Source: Nitrospirota bacterium
Lineage (GTDB): Bacteria; Nitrospirota; UBA9217
NCBI GenBank assembly: GCA_963818475.1
Contig: CAWFSF010000005.1
Coordinates: 1 to 64,000 of the forward strand
Length of the DNA stretch: 64,000 nt
Reading direction: 5' to 3'
The first letter of the stretch is position 1; every line of letters starts with the position of its first letter. Below the pieces are notes generated by a model. It did not search any database. It worked only from the letters and a program-made list of their open reading frames with translations, and was not told the DNA's origin. Shown piece by piece: positions 18,399 through 28,499 of the stretch. The position numbers and the translations under genes were made by a program.

Positions 18399-21300
18399 AT
18401 GAAGATCACCGACCTTTTCATACGCCGTCCCGTCCTGGCCCTGGTGGTCAGCCTGGTAATCATCATTGCCGGCCTGCAGGCGGTACGCACCCTTAATGTG
18501 CGCCAGTACCCGCGCAGTGAGAACGCCGCGGTCACCGTCACCACCGTCTACGTGGGCGCAGATTCAGAACTGGTGCGCGGCTTCGTCACCGCGCCGCTGG
18601 AGCGCGCCATCGCAGCCGCCGACGGCATCGAATACATGGAGTCGCAGAGCAGCCTCGGCCTTTCCACCATCAAGGCGCGACTCAGGCTCAACTTCGACTC
18701 CACCAGGGCCCTGGCCGAGATCAGTTCCAAGGTCGATCAGGTGCGCCGCGACCTTCCTCCTGAGGCTGAGGTGCCCGCGATCAATATCGAGTCGGCCGAC
18801 AGCCAGTTCGCCTCGGCCTATTTGAGCTTCACCTCCGACATCCTGCAGCAGAATGAGATCACCGATTATCTGACGCGCATTGTCCAGCCTCGCCTTTCTG
18901 CCGTCGCCGGGGTGCAGCGGGCCGACATCCTCGGCGGCCGCACCTTTGCCATGAGGATCTGGCTCAAGCCCGAGCGAATGGCCGCCCTCAACATCAGCCC
19001 GGCACAGGTGCGCCAGGCGCTGGCCGCGAATAACTTCCTGGCCGCACTCGGCAGAAGCAAGGGTGCGCTCATCCAGGTCAACCTGACCGCCGACACCAAC
19101 CTGAGCACCGTGGATGAGTTCAAGCGCCTGGCGGTGCGCGAGCAGAACGGATCCATCGTGCGCCTGGGGGAGATCGCCGACGTGGTGCTGGGCGCCGAGG
19201 ACTACGACGCCGAGGTCCGCTTCTCCGGCCAGACCGCCGTGTTCATGGGCATCTGGCCACTCCCCAACGCCAATTCCATTGACGTCATCAGGCGGGTGAG
19301 CACGGAGATGGCGGCGATCCAGCGCGACCTGCCGGGCGGTCTGAAGGCACGCGTCGCCTACGATGCAACCAAATACATCAACAACGCCATCAGCGAGGTG
19401 CTTAAAACACTCGGCGATACGCTGTTGATCGTCGTGGTCGTCATCTTCCTCTTCCTCGGCTCGTTCCGCTCGGTGTTCATCCCGGTGGTGGCGATCCCGG
19501 TGTCGCTCATCGGCGGCGTGTTCCTGATGCAGGCCTTCGGCTTCACCGTCAACCTCCTCACCCTGCTGGCTATCGTTCTCTCGGTCGGCCTCGTGGTGGA
19601 CGACGCCATCGTGGTGGTAGAGAACGTTGCGCGCCACATGAGTATGGGGAAGTCCGCCCTGGAGGCTGCTCTGCAAGGCGCCCGCGAGCTGGTGGGCCCG
19701 ATCATCGCCATGACCATCACCCTGGCGGCGGTCTACCTCCCTATCGGCCTGCAGGGGGGGCTGACCGGATCGCTCTTCCGCGAATTCGCCTTCACCCTGG
19801 CCGGGGCGGTCACCATCTCCGGGATCGTAGCCCTTACTCTGTCGCCGGTCATGTCGGCAACGCTGCTCAAACCCGGTGCCGGAGAGCGCGGCCTGGCGGG
19901 CCGGATCTCCCGCGACTTCAAGCGCCTCCGGAACGTTTACGGACGCATTCTTGACGCCACCCTCCGCGCCCGTCCGGCGGTCTATACGGTATGGATCGCG
20001 GTGAGCCTGCTCACCATACCAATGTTCATCATGTCCGCCAGCGAGCTTGCGCCCCTGGAAGACCAGGGAGTCATCTTCGGTATCCTCGAAGCCTCGGCTA
20101 ACTCCACCCTCGATCAGACCAGCCGTTACGCCGCTGCGGCCAACAAAGCCTTCCTGAGCGTACCCGAGACCGAGTTCACCTTCCAGGTCACCTTCCCCAG
20201 CTCCGGTTTCCTCGGCATGGTCGTCAAACCGTGGGACGACCGCAAGCGCACCGTCTTCCAGATCCTGCCCGAGATGCAGCGGAAGCTGCAGGCGATCCCC
20301 GGCATCCAGATGTTCCCGGTTGCACCGCCGGCCCTCCCCGGCGGCGGCCAGTTCCCGGTAGAGTTCATTCTTGCCTCCACGGCCGAGACCGGGCAAATAC
20401 TCGAGTTTGCCCGGACGCTCCAGCAGAAAGCGATGCAGAGCGGCATGTTCGCCTTCCCGCCTCTCATCGACGTCAAGATCGACCAGCCCCAGGCTGATTT
20501 CGAAATAGACCGCGATAAGGTCGCCTCCCTCGGTCTCAGCCTGGAACAGGTCGGAGCGGATCTGGGAGGGATGGTCGGCGGCGGCTTCGTGAACCGCTTC
20601 GACATCGCGGGGCGGAGCTACAAGGTCATTCCCCAGATCCAGCGCGTCAATCGCCTCACCCCGGACCAGCTGAAGGAGATCCACGTCACCGGCCCTAATG
20701 GGACGCTGGTGCCGCTTTCCACCGTCGCGACCGTCCGCGAGACCGTGGTCCCCCGCTCGCTCAACCGTTTCCAGCAGCTCAACGCGGTAAAGATCAGCGG
20801 TGTGGCAATGCGGCCGCTGGACGAAGCCCTGCGTTTTCTGGAGGATGAGGCAACAAAGATACTCCCCAAAGGGTATGTCCTCGACTACACCGGCGAATCG
20901 CGCCAGCTGCGCACCGAGGGAAGCAAGTTCCTCCCTGCCTTCACCCTCGCCATCATCCTCATCTTCCTGGTGCTGGCAGCCCAGTTCAACAGCTTCCGCG
21001 ACCCCTTCGTCATCCTCGCCGGGTCGGTGCCGCTCGCGATATTCGGAGCGCTCCTCTTCACTTTTTTGAAGATACCCGACCCGAACACGCCATTCTGGAC
21101 CCGCGGCTGGACCACCACCCTCAACATCTACTCGCAGGTCGGCCTGGTGACCCTGGTCGGGCTGGTGGCGAAGAACGGCATCCTGATCGTCGAGTTCGCC
21201 AACAAGCTCCAGCTTCAGGGTCTTGCCAAGCTCGCTGCCGTGCGCGAGGCTTCCATGACCCGCCTCAGGCCAATCCTGATGACCACCGCCGCCACCATCG

Positions 21301-21500
21301 CCGGCCACTTTCCGCTGACCCTCGTGTCCGGCGCCGGCGCCGCCGCACGCAACTCCATCGGCATTGTCCTCGTGGGCGGTTTGTTCATCGGTACGTTCTT
21401 CACCCTCTTCGTCGTGCCCTCCATCTACATGCTCGTTGCCCGCGACCACAGCAGGGACCGGGAACACGAAGCATCTATGAAGCCGGAAGATACCATTTAA
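18399..21500 (+). CDS. RND efflux permease (AcrB/MexW-like)
   Basis: FIRRPV, GLVVDDAIVVVEN, KNGILIVEF and RLRPILMT; about 1030 aa. Confidence 0.95.
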   Translation: MKITDLFIRRPVLALVVSLVIIIAGLQAVRTLNVRQYPRSENAAVTVTTVYVGADSELVRGFVTAPLERAIAAADGIEYMESQSSLGLSTIKARLRLNFDSTRALAEISSKVDQVRRDLPPEAEVPAINIESADSQFASAYLSFTSDILQQNEITDYLTRIVQPRLSAVAGVQRADILGGRTFAMRIWLKPERMAALNISPAQVRQALAANNFLAALGRSKGALIQVNLTADTNLSTVDEFKRLAVREQNGSIVRLGEIADVVLGAEDYDAEVRFSGQTAVFMGIWPLPNANSIDVIRRVSTEMAAIQRDLPGGLKARVAYDATKYINNAISEVLKTLGDTLLIVVVVIFLFLGSFRSVFIPVVAIPVSLIGGVFLMQAFGFTVNLLTLLAIVLSVGLVVDDAIVVVENVARHMSMGKSALEAALQGARELVGPIIAMTITLAAVYLPIGLQGGLTGSLFREFAFTLAGAVTISGIVALTLSPVMSATLLKPGAGERGLAGRISRDFKRLRNVYGRILDATLRARPAVYTVWIAVSLLTIPMFIMSASELAPLEDQGVIFGILEASANSTLDQTSRYAAAANKAFLSVPETEFTFQVTFPSSGFLGMVVKPWDDRKRTVFQILPEMQRKLQAIPGIQMFPVAPPALPGGGQFPVEFILASTAETGQILEFARTLQQKAMQSGMFAFPPLIDVKIDQPQADFEIDRDKVASLGLSLEQVGADLGGMVGGGFVNRFDIAGRSYKVIPQIQRVNRLTPDQLKEIHVTGPNGTLVPLSTVATVRETVVPRSLNRFQQLNAVKISGVAMRPLDEALRFLEDEATKILPKGYVLDYTGESRQLRTEGSKFLPAFTLAIILIFLVLAAQFNSFRDPFVILAGSVPLAIFGALLFTFLKIPDPNTPFWTRGWTTTLNIYSQVGLVTLVGLVAKNGILIVEFANKLQLQGLAKLAAVREASMTRLRPILMTTAATIAGHFPLTLVSGAGAAARNSIGIVLVGGLFIGTFFTLFVVPSIYMLVARDHSRDREHEASMKPEDTI

Positions 21501-21516
21501 CCTAGATGCGGCAGTT

Positions 21517-21646
21517 GGCCACATAAGTCACAAAATGCACATAGTAACATCAGTCTCTTAACGCAAAAAGCATCGTCACCTTCTTGATGAAGCGCTTTAC
21601 CAAATTATTGCTTGCTTTTTATGTGCTTTATGTGCCTTTTGTGGCT
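21517..21646. repeat. Intergenic periodic inverted repeat
   Basis: GCCACATAAGTCACAAAATGCACATA ... TATGTGCTTTATGTGCCTTTTGTGGC. Confidence 0.7.
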
Positions 21647-21810
21647 GAACTGCTCTTTTTATGTTTAAGATCGCCCTCGGCCGTTCCCGCACGATCAGGA
21701 ACGCAGTACCGGTAAAAAAGCGCTATACTCATAAGCATGTTCTCGAAACGCGGTAACGCCAAAGACCTGTTTCGCGTTCAAGACATCCCAGCGAAAAGGA
21801 GGAACGAACC

Positions 21811-22095
21811 ATGCCGTACTATGTGATCCTGAGCAATTTAACGGACGAGGGCCGCAGGACGATCAAACAAAAACCTGAACGGATCATTGAAGTGAACAGG
21901 GAGGTCGAGGCCATGGGCGTCAAGATACATAAGCAATATGCCCTGCTTGGCTCCTATGACTTTGTGAACATCGTGGAAGCGCCGGACAACGAAACGGTCA
22001 TGAAAATGTCCGTCGAGATCGGCTCGCGGGGCTCGGTCCATATGATGACGCTCCCCGCCATTTCCGTTGAGGAGTTCGTAAAGAAGATAAAATAG
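21811..22095 (+). CDS. GYD domain protein
   Basis: 94 aa with the LLGSYDFV motif; AGGAGG RBS. Confidence 0.88.
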   Translation: MPYYVILSNLTDEGRRTIKQKPERIIEVNREVEAMGVKIHKQYALLGSYDFVNIVEAPDNETVMKMSVEIGSRGSVHMMTLPAISVEEFVKKIK

Positions 22096-22331
22096 CAACG
22101 AGGGAAGCACGCTCGGATTATTTCACTGACAGAACGGGATCTCCCGCTCCCTTAAGGCAATCCATCACAGCAGGAGTCGGGGGATCCCAGGTCGCTGGAC
22201 TGATCTCCGATCTGCAGTCAGCGAACAGATAATTACACAGTTCTGCTCTGCCCGGAAGAGCAGAATGCCCGCATTGTCGTTGTAACATAAGGCTAAATTG
22301 ATTTGTGTGCCCGCCTGTTCCAAAAAAATCC

Positions 22332-22359
22332 TTGACTATCCTCTCTGACTCTGTATAAT
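22332..22359 (+). promoter_or_regulatory. Sigma70-type promoter candidate for dprA
   Basis: TTGACT-16 bp-TATAAT. Confidence 0.55.
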
Positions 22360-22403
22360 TTCTACCCTTAAGTGTAGAAATCCTTCGCGAGACGGGCTGC
22401 TGA

Positions 22404-23501
22404 ATGCAAAAAAGCAACGATCCTGCGTTCTATTGGATTGGCCTCAGCAGCATCCCCGGAGTCGGGCGGGTCACCTTTCGAAAGCTCGCACAGCATTTCG
22501 GATCACCGGAGCGAGCCCTCTCCGCATCACCCCATGATCTCAGATCCATCTCGGGATTGTCCGATAAGGTGATCAACGAGATCACGTCCTTCTCCTGGCG
22601 AGAATACGCGGAGCTGGAACTGGAGAAGGCGCAGGAAACCGGCATCGCGATCATTATTGCCGACGATGCAGCCTATCCAACGGCGCTGAAAAATACTCCC
22701 GATCCTCCGCTCTTTCTGTACGTAAAGGGCGACCTGCATCAGGGGGACGGTATCGCCATCGTCGGCACGCGCAAGCCGACGCACTACGGCCTGACCGTGA
22801 CCCGACGCATCTCCTCAGAGCTGGCATCAGCCGGCCTCACCATCGTGAGCGGCATGGCGCGGGGGATCGATACAGAGGCGCATCGGGGCGCGCTTGCTGC
22901 AGCGGGAAGGACCATTGCCGTACTTGGATGCGGCATTGACGTGGCCTATCCGCCGGAGAACAAAGGCCTGATGGAGAACATCAGCCGATCCGGCGCGGTG
23001 GTGACCGAGAATCCCTTTGGCACGCAGCCCGAGTCCGGCTACTTCCCCGCCAGGAACCGCATCATCAGCGGCCTGGCGCGCGGCACCGTGATCATCGAGG
23101 CCACCGAGGACAGTGGGTCGCTCATCACGGCAAAATATGCGAAAGAGCAGGGCAGAAAGCTCTTTGCCGTGCCGGGCAACATCGGATCCATGAACAGCCG
23201 CGGCACGAACAGCCTGATCAGGCAGGGCGCCGTGCTGGTGGAAAGTACCCAGGACATCCTGCAGGACCTGAACATGAAGACCATGGGCGTTAAACGCGCA
23301 GGCACAGCCCGTGACCTGCCCTCCCTGACCAGGGACGAGGAATCGGTCTTCCGGCAGATCACGAATGAACCGAAGCATATCGATATAGTAATGAAGGAAA
23401 GCGGCAGCACCCCTGCAAAAACAAGCGGAGCGCTGGTCACCCTGGAACTGAAAGGACTTGTCAAACAGCTTCCCGGAAAGTACTATATTAAGGAAGCATA
23501 A
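22404..23501 (+). CDS. dprA: DNA-processing protein DprA
   Basis: IAIVGTR, IVSGMARGIDT, FPARNRIISG, SGSLITA and LELKG. Confidence 0.96.
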   Translation: MQKSNDPAFYWIGLSSIPGVGRVTFRKLAQHFGSPERALSASPHDLRSISGLSDKVINEITSFSWREYAELELEKAQETGIAIIIADDAAYPTALKNTPDPPLFLYVKGDLHQGDGIAIVGTRKPTHYGLTVTRRISSELASAGLTIVSGMARGIDTEAHRGALAAAGRTIAVLGCGIDVAYPPENKGLMENISRSGAVVTENPFGTQPESGYFPARNRIISGLARGTVIIEATEDSGSLITAKYAKEQGRKLFAVPGNIGSMNSRGTNSLIRQGAVLVESTQDILQDLNMKTMGVKRAGTARDLPSLTRDEESVFRQITNEPKHIDIVMKESGSTPAKTSGALVTLELKGLVKQLPGKYYIKEA

Positions 23502-24013
23502 TGCAGCAGGATAATGATGTTCTGGAGGTTTTTTTGGACGAATTGATGATGAACCTGTTCTCGCTCATAGCGGACCAGGTCAGGAATAAACAGGAGCTTT
23601 TCGACGACGAAGGCAAGATTATGGATTCGTTGCTGAACAGCGGCTACAGGATCCAGGACGCGGATACCGCGCTCACGCTCATGCAGACCCTGGTGCAGAA
23701 ACAAGCGGAGACCTTTTTCGCACCGGATCCGGCTGTGCCGACCAGAGGGGCGCGTGCCATGAACAGCGAGGAGCGAGGCCGCTTTACGGTCGAGGCCTTC
23801 AGTTTCGTCACGAAGCTCACGCACCTCGGCATTATTTCTGAGGACCAGCGCGAGGACGTGCTTGACCGTTCGCTGGAACTCTATGCCGGCCGCATCGAGC
23901 TCGACCAGGTAAAGGCTTTGGTTGCGTTCTCGGTGTTTGCTGCTACGAACACGGACTACGACGATGTACCCTCCTCCTCACGGAGAAGGATCAAGCGGAC
24001 CGCGTGGAATTAA
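23501..24013 (+). CDS. DUF494/Smg-like protein
   Basis: Lies between dprA and topA; LLNSGY..QD..TAL and RAMNSEERGR. Confidence 0.7.
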   Translation: MQQDNDVLEVFLDELMMNLFSLIADQVRNKQELFDDEGKIMDSLLNSGYRIQDADTALTLMQTLVQKQAETFFAPDPAVPTRGARAMNSEERGRFTVEAFSFVTKLTHLGIISEDQREDVLDRSLELYAGRIELDQVKALVAFSVFAATNTDYDDVPSSSRRRIKRTAWN

Positions 24014-24035
24014 CATGGTCAGGTATAGTTAACAT

Positions 24036-26645
24036 ATGAAATCTCTCGTCATTGTTGAGTCACCGGCAAAGGCAAAGACCATCGCAAAGTATCTCGGCGA
24101 TGCATTTGACGTTCGCGCCTCTATTGGGCACATTGCAGACCTCCCGAGCAAAGGTCTCGCCGTCGATGTCGACAACGGATTCAAACCCACGTACGAGCTC
24201 ACCGAACGCGGAAATCAGGTAGTGCGGGAGCTCCGGGCCGCGATGAAAGGCGCAAGTGCGCTGTATCTCGCGACGGACGAAGACCGCGAGGGTGAGGCGA
24301 TCTCGTGGCACCTCATTGAACACTTGAAACCGAAAATACCTGTGCGACGCATGGTGTTCCACGAAATCACCAAGACCGCCATCGAGCACGCGGTCGCCCA
24401 CCCCCGTGGCATCGATCAGGGGCTGGTTGATGCTGCTGAAACCCGTCGAATTTTGGACCGGCTCTTTGGCTATGAGGTATCCCCGGTGCTGTGGCGAAGG
24501 GTGAATCGGGGCCTTTCAGCCGGTCGGGTGCAAAGCCCGGCGCTCCGTCTCGTAGTAGAACGCGAGCGTGAACGCATCTCCCATGTCGCTGCCGAATATT
24601 GGGGGATCGACGCAGTGACCGCAACGACGCCTTCGTTCACAGCGACCCTGGTCTCGCTCGATGCGAACAGGGTCGCGACCGGCAAGGACTTTGACAGCCA
24701 GGGCCGGCCGAGCGACAGGGTCGTCGTCATTGACAAGACCCGGGCCATGGCACTCGCAGCGGGTCTTGCCAACGCATCGCTCAAGGTTCGCAGCGTTGAA
24801 GACAAACCCTACCGCTCATCGCCAAAAGCGCCGTTCATGACCTCCACCCTGCAGCAGGAAGGCGGGCGCAAGCTCCGTTTGTCCGCCGCTCAGGTGATGC
24901 GAATCGCACAAGGGTTATATGAGCGCGGTTTCATCACCTACATGCGCACCGACAATGTGACCATCTCCCCGGACGCGCTTGTGGAAGTGCGCGCCGAGGT
25001 CCAGAAGGTATACGGCCAGCAATACCTTTCTCCAACTCCCCGCACCTATGCATCAAAGGTAAAGAACGCCCAGGAAGCGCATGAAGCCATCCGTCCGAGC
25101 ACGCCCATGCGTTCACCGCGCGACCTGAAAAGTGAGTTCAACCCGCAGGAGTTCTCGCTGTATGAACTGATCTGGCAGCGCACGCTCGCTTCGCAAATGG
25201 CCGACGCGAACGGCACGACCGTCAGCGTACGGCTGGGCGCCACAAGCAATGGAAACGACTGCGAATTTGCTGCGAGCGGCACCACGATCACTTTTGCAGG
25301 ATACCGGCAAGTATATGAGGAATCCACCGATGACGACAACGAAAACAACAAGCGTGAAGCGCTTCTCCCCAAGCTTGCTGTAGGCGACAGTGTCGCCATT
25401 GCGAGCATCACACCGAATGGCCACTTTACGCAGCCGCCCGCGCGCTATACCGAGGCGTCGCTGATCAAGAAGCTCGAGGAGCTGGGCATTGGCCGTCCAT
25501 CAACATGGGCATCCATCATGCAAACAATCGTCAACCGCGGCTATGTATGGAAAAAAGGGCAGGCGCTCGTGCCCAACTGGGTCGCCTTCTCTGTTGTCAA
25601 TCTGCTTGAGAAGCATTTCCTCGGCCTTGTCGATTACGCCTTTACCGCGAATGCCGAGGAAGATCTGGATGAGATCGCGCAGGGGCTGCAGAACAAAGAA
25701 CAGTGGCTCAATGAGTTTTATTTCGGCAAAAACGACGACCCCATCGGTCTCAAGCGAAGCGTTGCAAAGAACCTGGACGAGATCGATGCCGCAGCGATCA
25801 ACACCTTTCCCCTTGGCATTGACCCCGTCACCGGCCTTGAAGTAGTGGTGAAGCCGGGCAAGTTCGGCCCCTACGTACGCCGCGGTGAAGATACTGCCAG
25901 CGTACCCGATACGATGGCGCCCGATGAGCTGTCCCTTGAAGTGGCGCTGAAACTGCTCGCTGCGCCAAAAGGTGAAGAACCGATCGGGAATATCGAGGGG
26001 ATCCCCGTGTTCGCAAAGAACGGCCGCTACGGCGCCTATGTACAGTGGGGCACTCCCGAAACACCCCCGCCCGGGCTTGATAAGCCGAAAATGGCATCTT
26101 TGTTCAAAACAATGGACATCGCCCGCATAACGATGCAGGATGCGGAAAAGTTGTTATCGCTGCCGCGTGTGGTCGGCGTTGATCCGGCTGACGGCGTGAC
26201 GATCACCGCACAAAATGGCCGCTATGGTCCTTACATCACGAAGGGCAAGGAAAGTCGCACGCTCGCCAGCGAAGAACAGCTCTTCGACATTACCGTAGAA
26301 CAGGCCCTTGCGCTGTTTGCGACCCCGCGCCAATACGGCCGTCGCGGAGCGCCAAAGCCTCCGTTGCGCGAGTTCGGCAATGACCCGGTGAGCAGCAAGC
26401 CGATCGTGGCCAAAGAAGGCAAGTTCGGCGTATACGTCACCGATGGCGAGACCAATGCCAGCCTTACGCGGAGCGACCGCCTCGAGGAAATGACGCCTGA
26501 ACGCGCCCATGAACTGCTGGCGATCCGCCGCGAAAACGCGGGCAACGGTATTGTGCGCAAGAAGCGCGCTCCTGCTAAAAAGGCTGCCAAGAAACCGGCG
26601 AAGAAAAAAGCTCAGGTAAAGGCACATACCGCCAAAAAAGCTTAA
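24036..26645 (+). CDS. topA: Type IA DNA topoisomerase I with Toprim C-terminal repeats and Lys-rich tail
   Basis: LVIVESPAKA, ATDEDREGEAI, SAGRVQS, ITYMRTD, QEAHEAIRP and LGIGRPST; four G(K/R)(F/Y)GxY repeats. Confidence 0.97.
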   Translation: MKSLVIVESPAKAKTIAKYLGDAFDVRASIGHIADLPSKGLAVDVDNGFKPTYELTERGNQVVRELRAAMKGASALYLATDEDREGEAISWHLIEHLKPKIPVRRMVFHEITKTAIEHAVAHPRGIDQGLVDAAETRRILDRLFGYEVSPVLWRRVNRGLSAGRVQSPALRLVVERERERISHVAAEYWGIDAVTATTPSFTATLVSLDANRVATGKDFDSQGRPSDRVVVIDKTRAMALAAGLANASLKVRSVEDKPYRSSPKAPFMTSTLQQEGGRKLRLSAAQVMRIAQGLYERGFITYMRTDNVTISPDALVEVRAEVQKVYGQQYLSPTPRTYASKVKNAQEAHEAIRPSTPMRSPRDLKSEFNPQEFSLYELIWQRTLASQMADANGTTVSVRLGATSNGNDCEFAASGTTITFAGYRQVYEESTDDDNENNKREALLPKLAVGDSVAIASITPNGHFTQPPARYTEASLIKKLEELGIGRPSTWASIMQTIVNRGYVWKKGQALVPNWVAFSVVNLLEKHFLGLVDYAFTANAEEDLDEIAQGLQNKEQWLNEFYFGKNDDPIGLKRSVAKNLDEIDAAAINTFPLGIDPVTGLEVVVKPGKFGPYVRRGEDTASVPDTMAPDELSLEVALKLLAAPKGEEPIGNIEGIPVFAKNGRYGAYVQWGTPETPPPGLDKPKMASLFKTMDIARITMQDAEKLLSLPRVVGVDPADGVTITAQNGRYGPYITKGKESRTLASEEQLFDITVEQALALFATPRQYGRRGAPKPPLREFGNDPVSSKPIVAKEGKFGVYVTDGETNASLTRSDRLEEMTPERAHELLAIRRENAGNGIVRKKRAPAKKAAKKPAKKKAQVKAHTAKKA

Positions 26646-26846
26646 AGCTCCAGCGTGCCTATCCCGACATACGCATGACCGCCTTTTCCATCCCTGTGCC
26701 ACATAACTCGACAGCGCGTCTGCCCAGAACATAACTACATAGTTCTCCGCCCGGAGACAGGGCAAGAGTTGCTCATCGTGCCGTTCTTCTCGCTTCCAAA
26801 CTGGTTCTCCCTTGCAAAATCATCACGGTTACGTTAAAGTATTGCT

Positions 26847-27735
26847 ATGCGGAAGTACATCTTCGATTTTCTGCAATACCTCAAGATCGGAAAAAACGTG
26901 TCGCCGCATACCGAGCGCAGCTACCTTTCCGACCTTGATCAGTTCTTCGACTTTCTCGGAGAAACGGACCTCGCAGCCGTGGACCACAAAACACTCCGGC
27001 TGTTCATCGCCCATCTGCTCAAACTGAAGCTGAAAAAATCCTCGATCGCCAGAAAGCTCGCCGCCCTTCGTGCGTTCTATAAATACTTGAACCGCCAGGG
27101 TATTCTGTCGAGCAATCCGGCGAGGCTCATTGCAACGCCGCGCCAGGAAAAACGTCTTCCCGCGGTCCTGACGGCCGATGATGCTCAGCGGCTCATGGAC
27201 GCCCCGGCAGCTCCGGCCTCGCCGCATGGCCCGACGGAACTTCGGGACCGAGCGGTCCTCGAAACGCTCTATTCGACCGGCATCAGGGCGAGCGAGCTTA
27301 TCGGCATGAACCACGACGATATCAACCGCCACGACCGGCTCATCCGCATCCGCGGCAAAGGGCGCAAGGAGCGGATCGTGCCGCTGGGGGCCATCGCACT
27401 TGCAGCCATCGACGCCTATGTTGACCAGCAGCAGCGGAACCGCGGACTGCAGCGCTGTCTTCGTCGGTCCGGGCGGAAAACGCTTGACAGCCCGTACGGT
27501 TCAGCGTATTTTAGAAACTTACAGAAAAAAACTGGGGCTGCAGCAGAAAGCGAGCCCGCACACGCTCCGCCACAGCTTCGCGACCCACATGCTCGAATCC
27601 GGAGCTGATTTACGCGCCATTCAGGAACTTCTCGGTCATGCCAGTCTGTCAACCACCCAGCGCTACACCCACGTGAACCTTGATGCGCTGATGGAGGTCT
27701 ATGACAAGGCGCATCCGAAGGCGAGAAAGCAGTAG
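26847..27735 (+). CDS. xerC: Tyrosine recombinase XerC (apparent +1 frameshift near 27432)
   Basis: [29 protein letters not shown] and [13 protein letters not shown] across two ORFs; directly upstream of hslV. Confidence 0.9.
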
Positions 27736-27820
27736 CCGCCAAACACAGAAGCGATGCAGGAAACGGGATGCATGATGCAAGAGTTGATCCATCAGCCCGG
27801 ATCAGCATAAGGGAGGCTTC

Positions 27821-28363
27821 ATGAGTGAAATGCCGCCGCTTCACGGCACGACGATCCTGGCAGTACGGCGCAACGGCAAGATAGCTATCGCAGGCGACGG
27901 TCAGGTAACGGTCGGCGCCACCGTGATGAAACACAACGCAAAGAAAGTCCGCAAACTGTACAACGACAAGGTCCTGGCCGGCTTTGCCGGCGCGACCGCC
28001 GACGCCTTCACGCTGTTCGAAAAGTTCGAAGCCAAGCTCGAGCAGTATCACGGAAATCTGACGCGGGCCGCTGTGGAACTTGCCAAGGACTGGCGCACCG
28101 ACCGGGTCCTTCGCCGGCTCGAGGCGCTGATGATCATTGCCGATACGGAACGGTCCTTCATTCTTTCGGGCAGCGGCGACGTGATCGAACCGGAACACGG
28201 CATCTCTGCCATCGGTTCCGGCGGCCCCTATGCCTTTGCTGCTGCGCGGGCGCTCGTTGACCACACCACGTTCGATGCGCGGCACATCGTCGAAGAGTCA
28301 CTCAAGATAGCGGCGGACATCTGCATTTATACAAATAAGGAAATTACGATAGAAGAACTTTGA
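27821..28363 (+). CDS. hslV: ATP-dependent protease subunit HslV
   Basis: [24 protein letters not shown] and IGSGG. Confidence 0.97.
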   Translation: MSEMPPLHGTTILAVRRNGKIAIAGDGQVTVGATVMKHNAKKVRKLYNDKVLAGFAGATADAFTLFEKFEAKLEQYHGNLTRAAVELAKDWRTDRVLRRLEALMIIADTERSFILSGSGDVIEPEHGISAIGSGGPYAFAAARALVDHTTFDARHIVEESLKIAADICIYTNKEITIEEL

Positions 28364-28367
28364 CAAT

Positions 28368-28484
28368 TTGGATTGCGGATTTCGGATTTCGGAATGAACG
28401 GTTTTAAAGAACGTCCGAATACTGTACTCTGCTAGCTTTATTGTTAATCCGCAATCCGCAATCCGCAATCCGAAATCCGCAATC
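28368..28484. repeat. Heptamer-periodic inverted repeat
   Basis: TTGGATTGCGGATTTCGGATTTCGGA ... ATCCGCAATCCGCAATCCGCAATCCGAAATCCGCAAT. Confidence 0.8.
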
Positions 28485-28499
28485 GAACCGGAGGTTTTA

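Noticed and set aside
18564-21524. 986 aa antisense ORF and other long shadow ORFs (2857-4293, 4367-5671, 28497-29900, 56798-58117)
   Set aside because: They mirror real genes in high-GC3 DNA and have no motifs of their own.
26847-27735. Tyrosine recombinase as a prophage or island integrase
   Set aside because: It sits in the topA-xerC-hslVU context with no att sites or cargo, so it is housekeeping XerC.
28440-28484. ATCCGCA tandem repeats as a CRISPR array
   Set aside because: The unit is 7 nt, there are no unique spacers and no cas genes.
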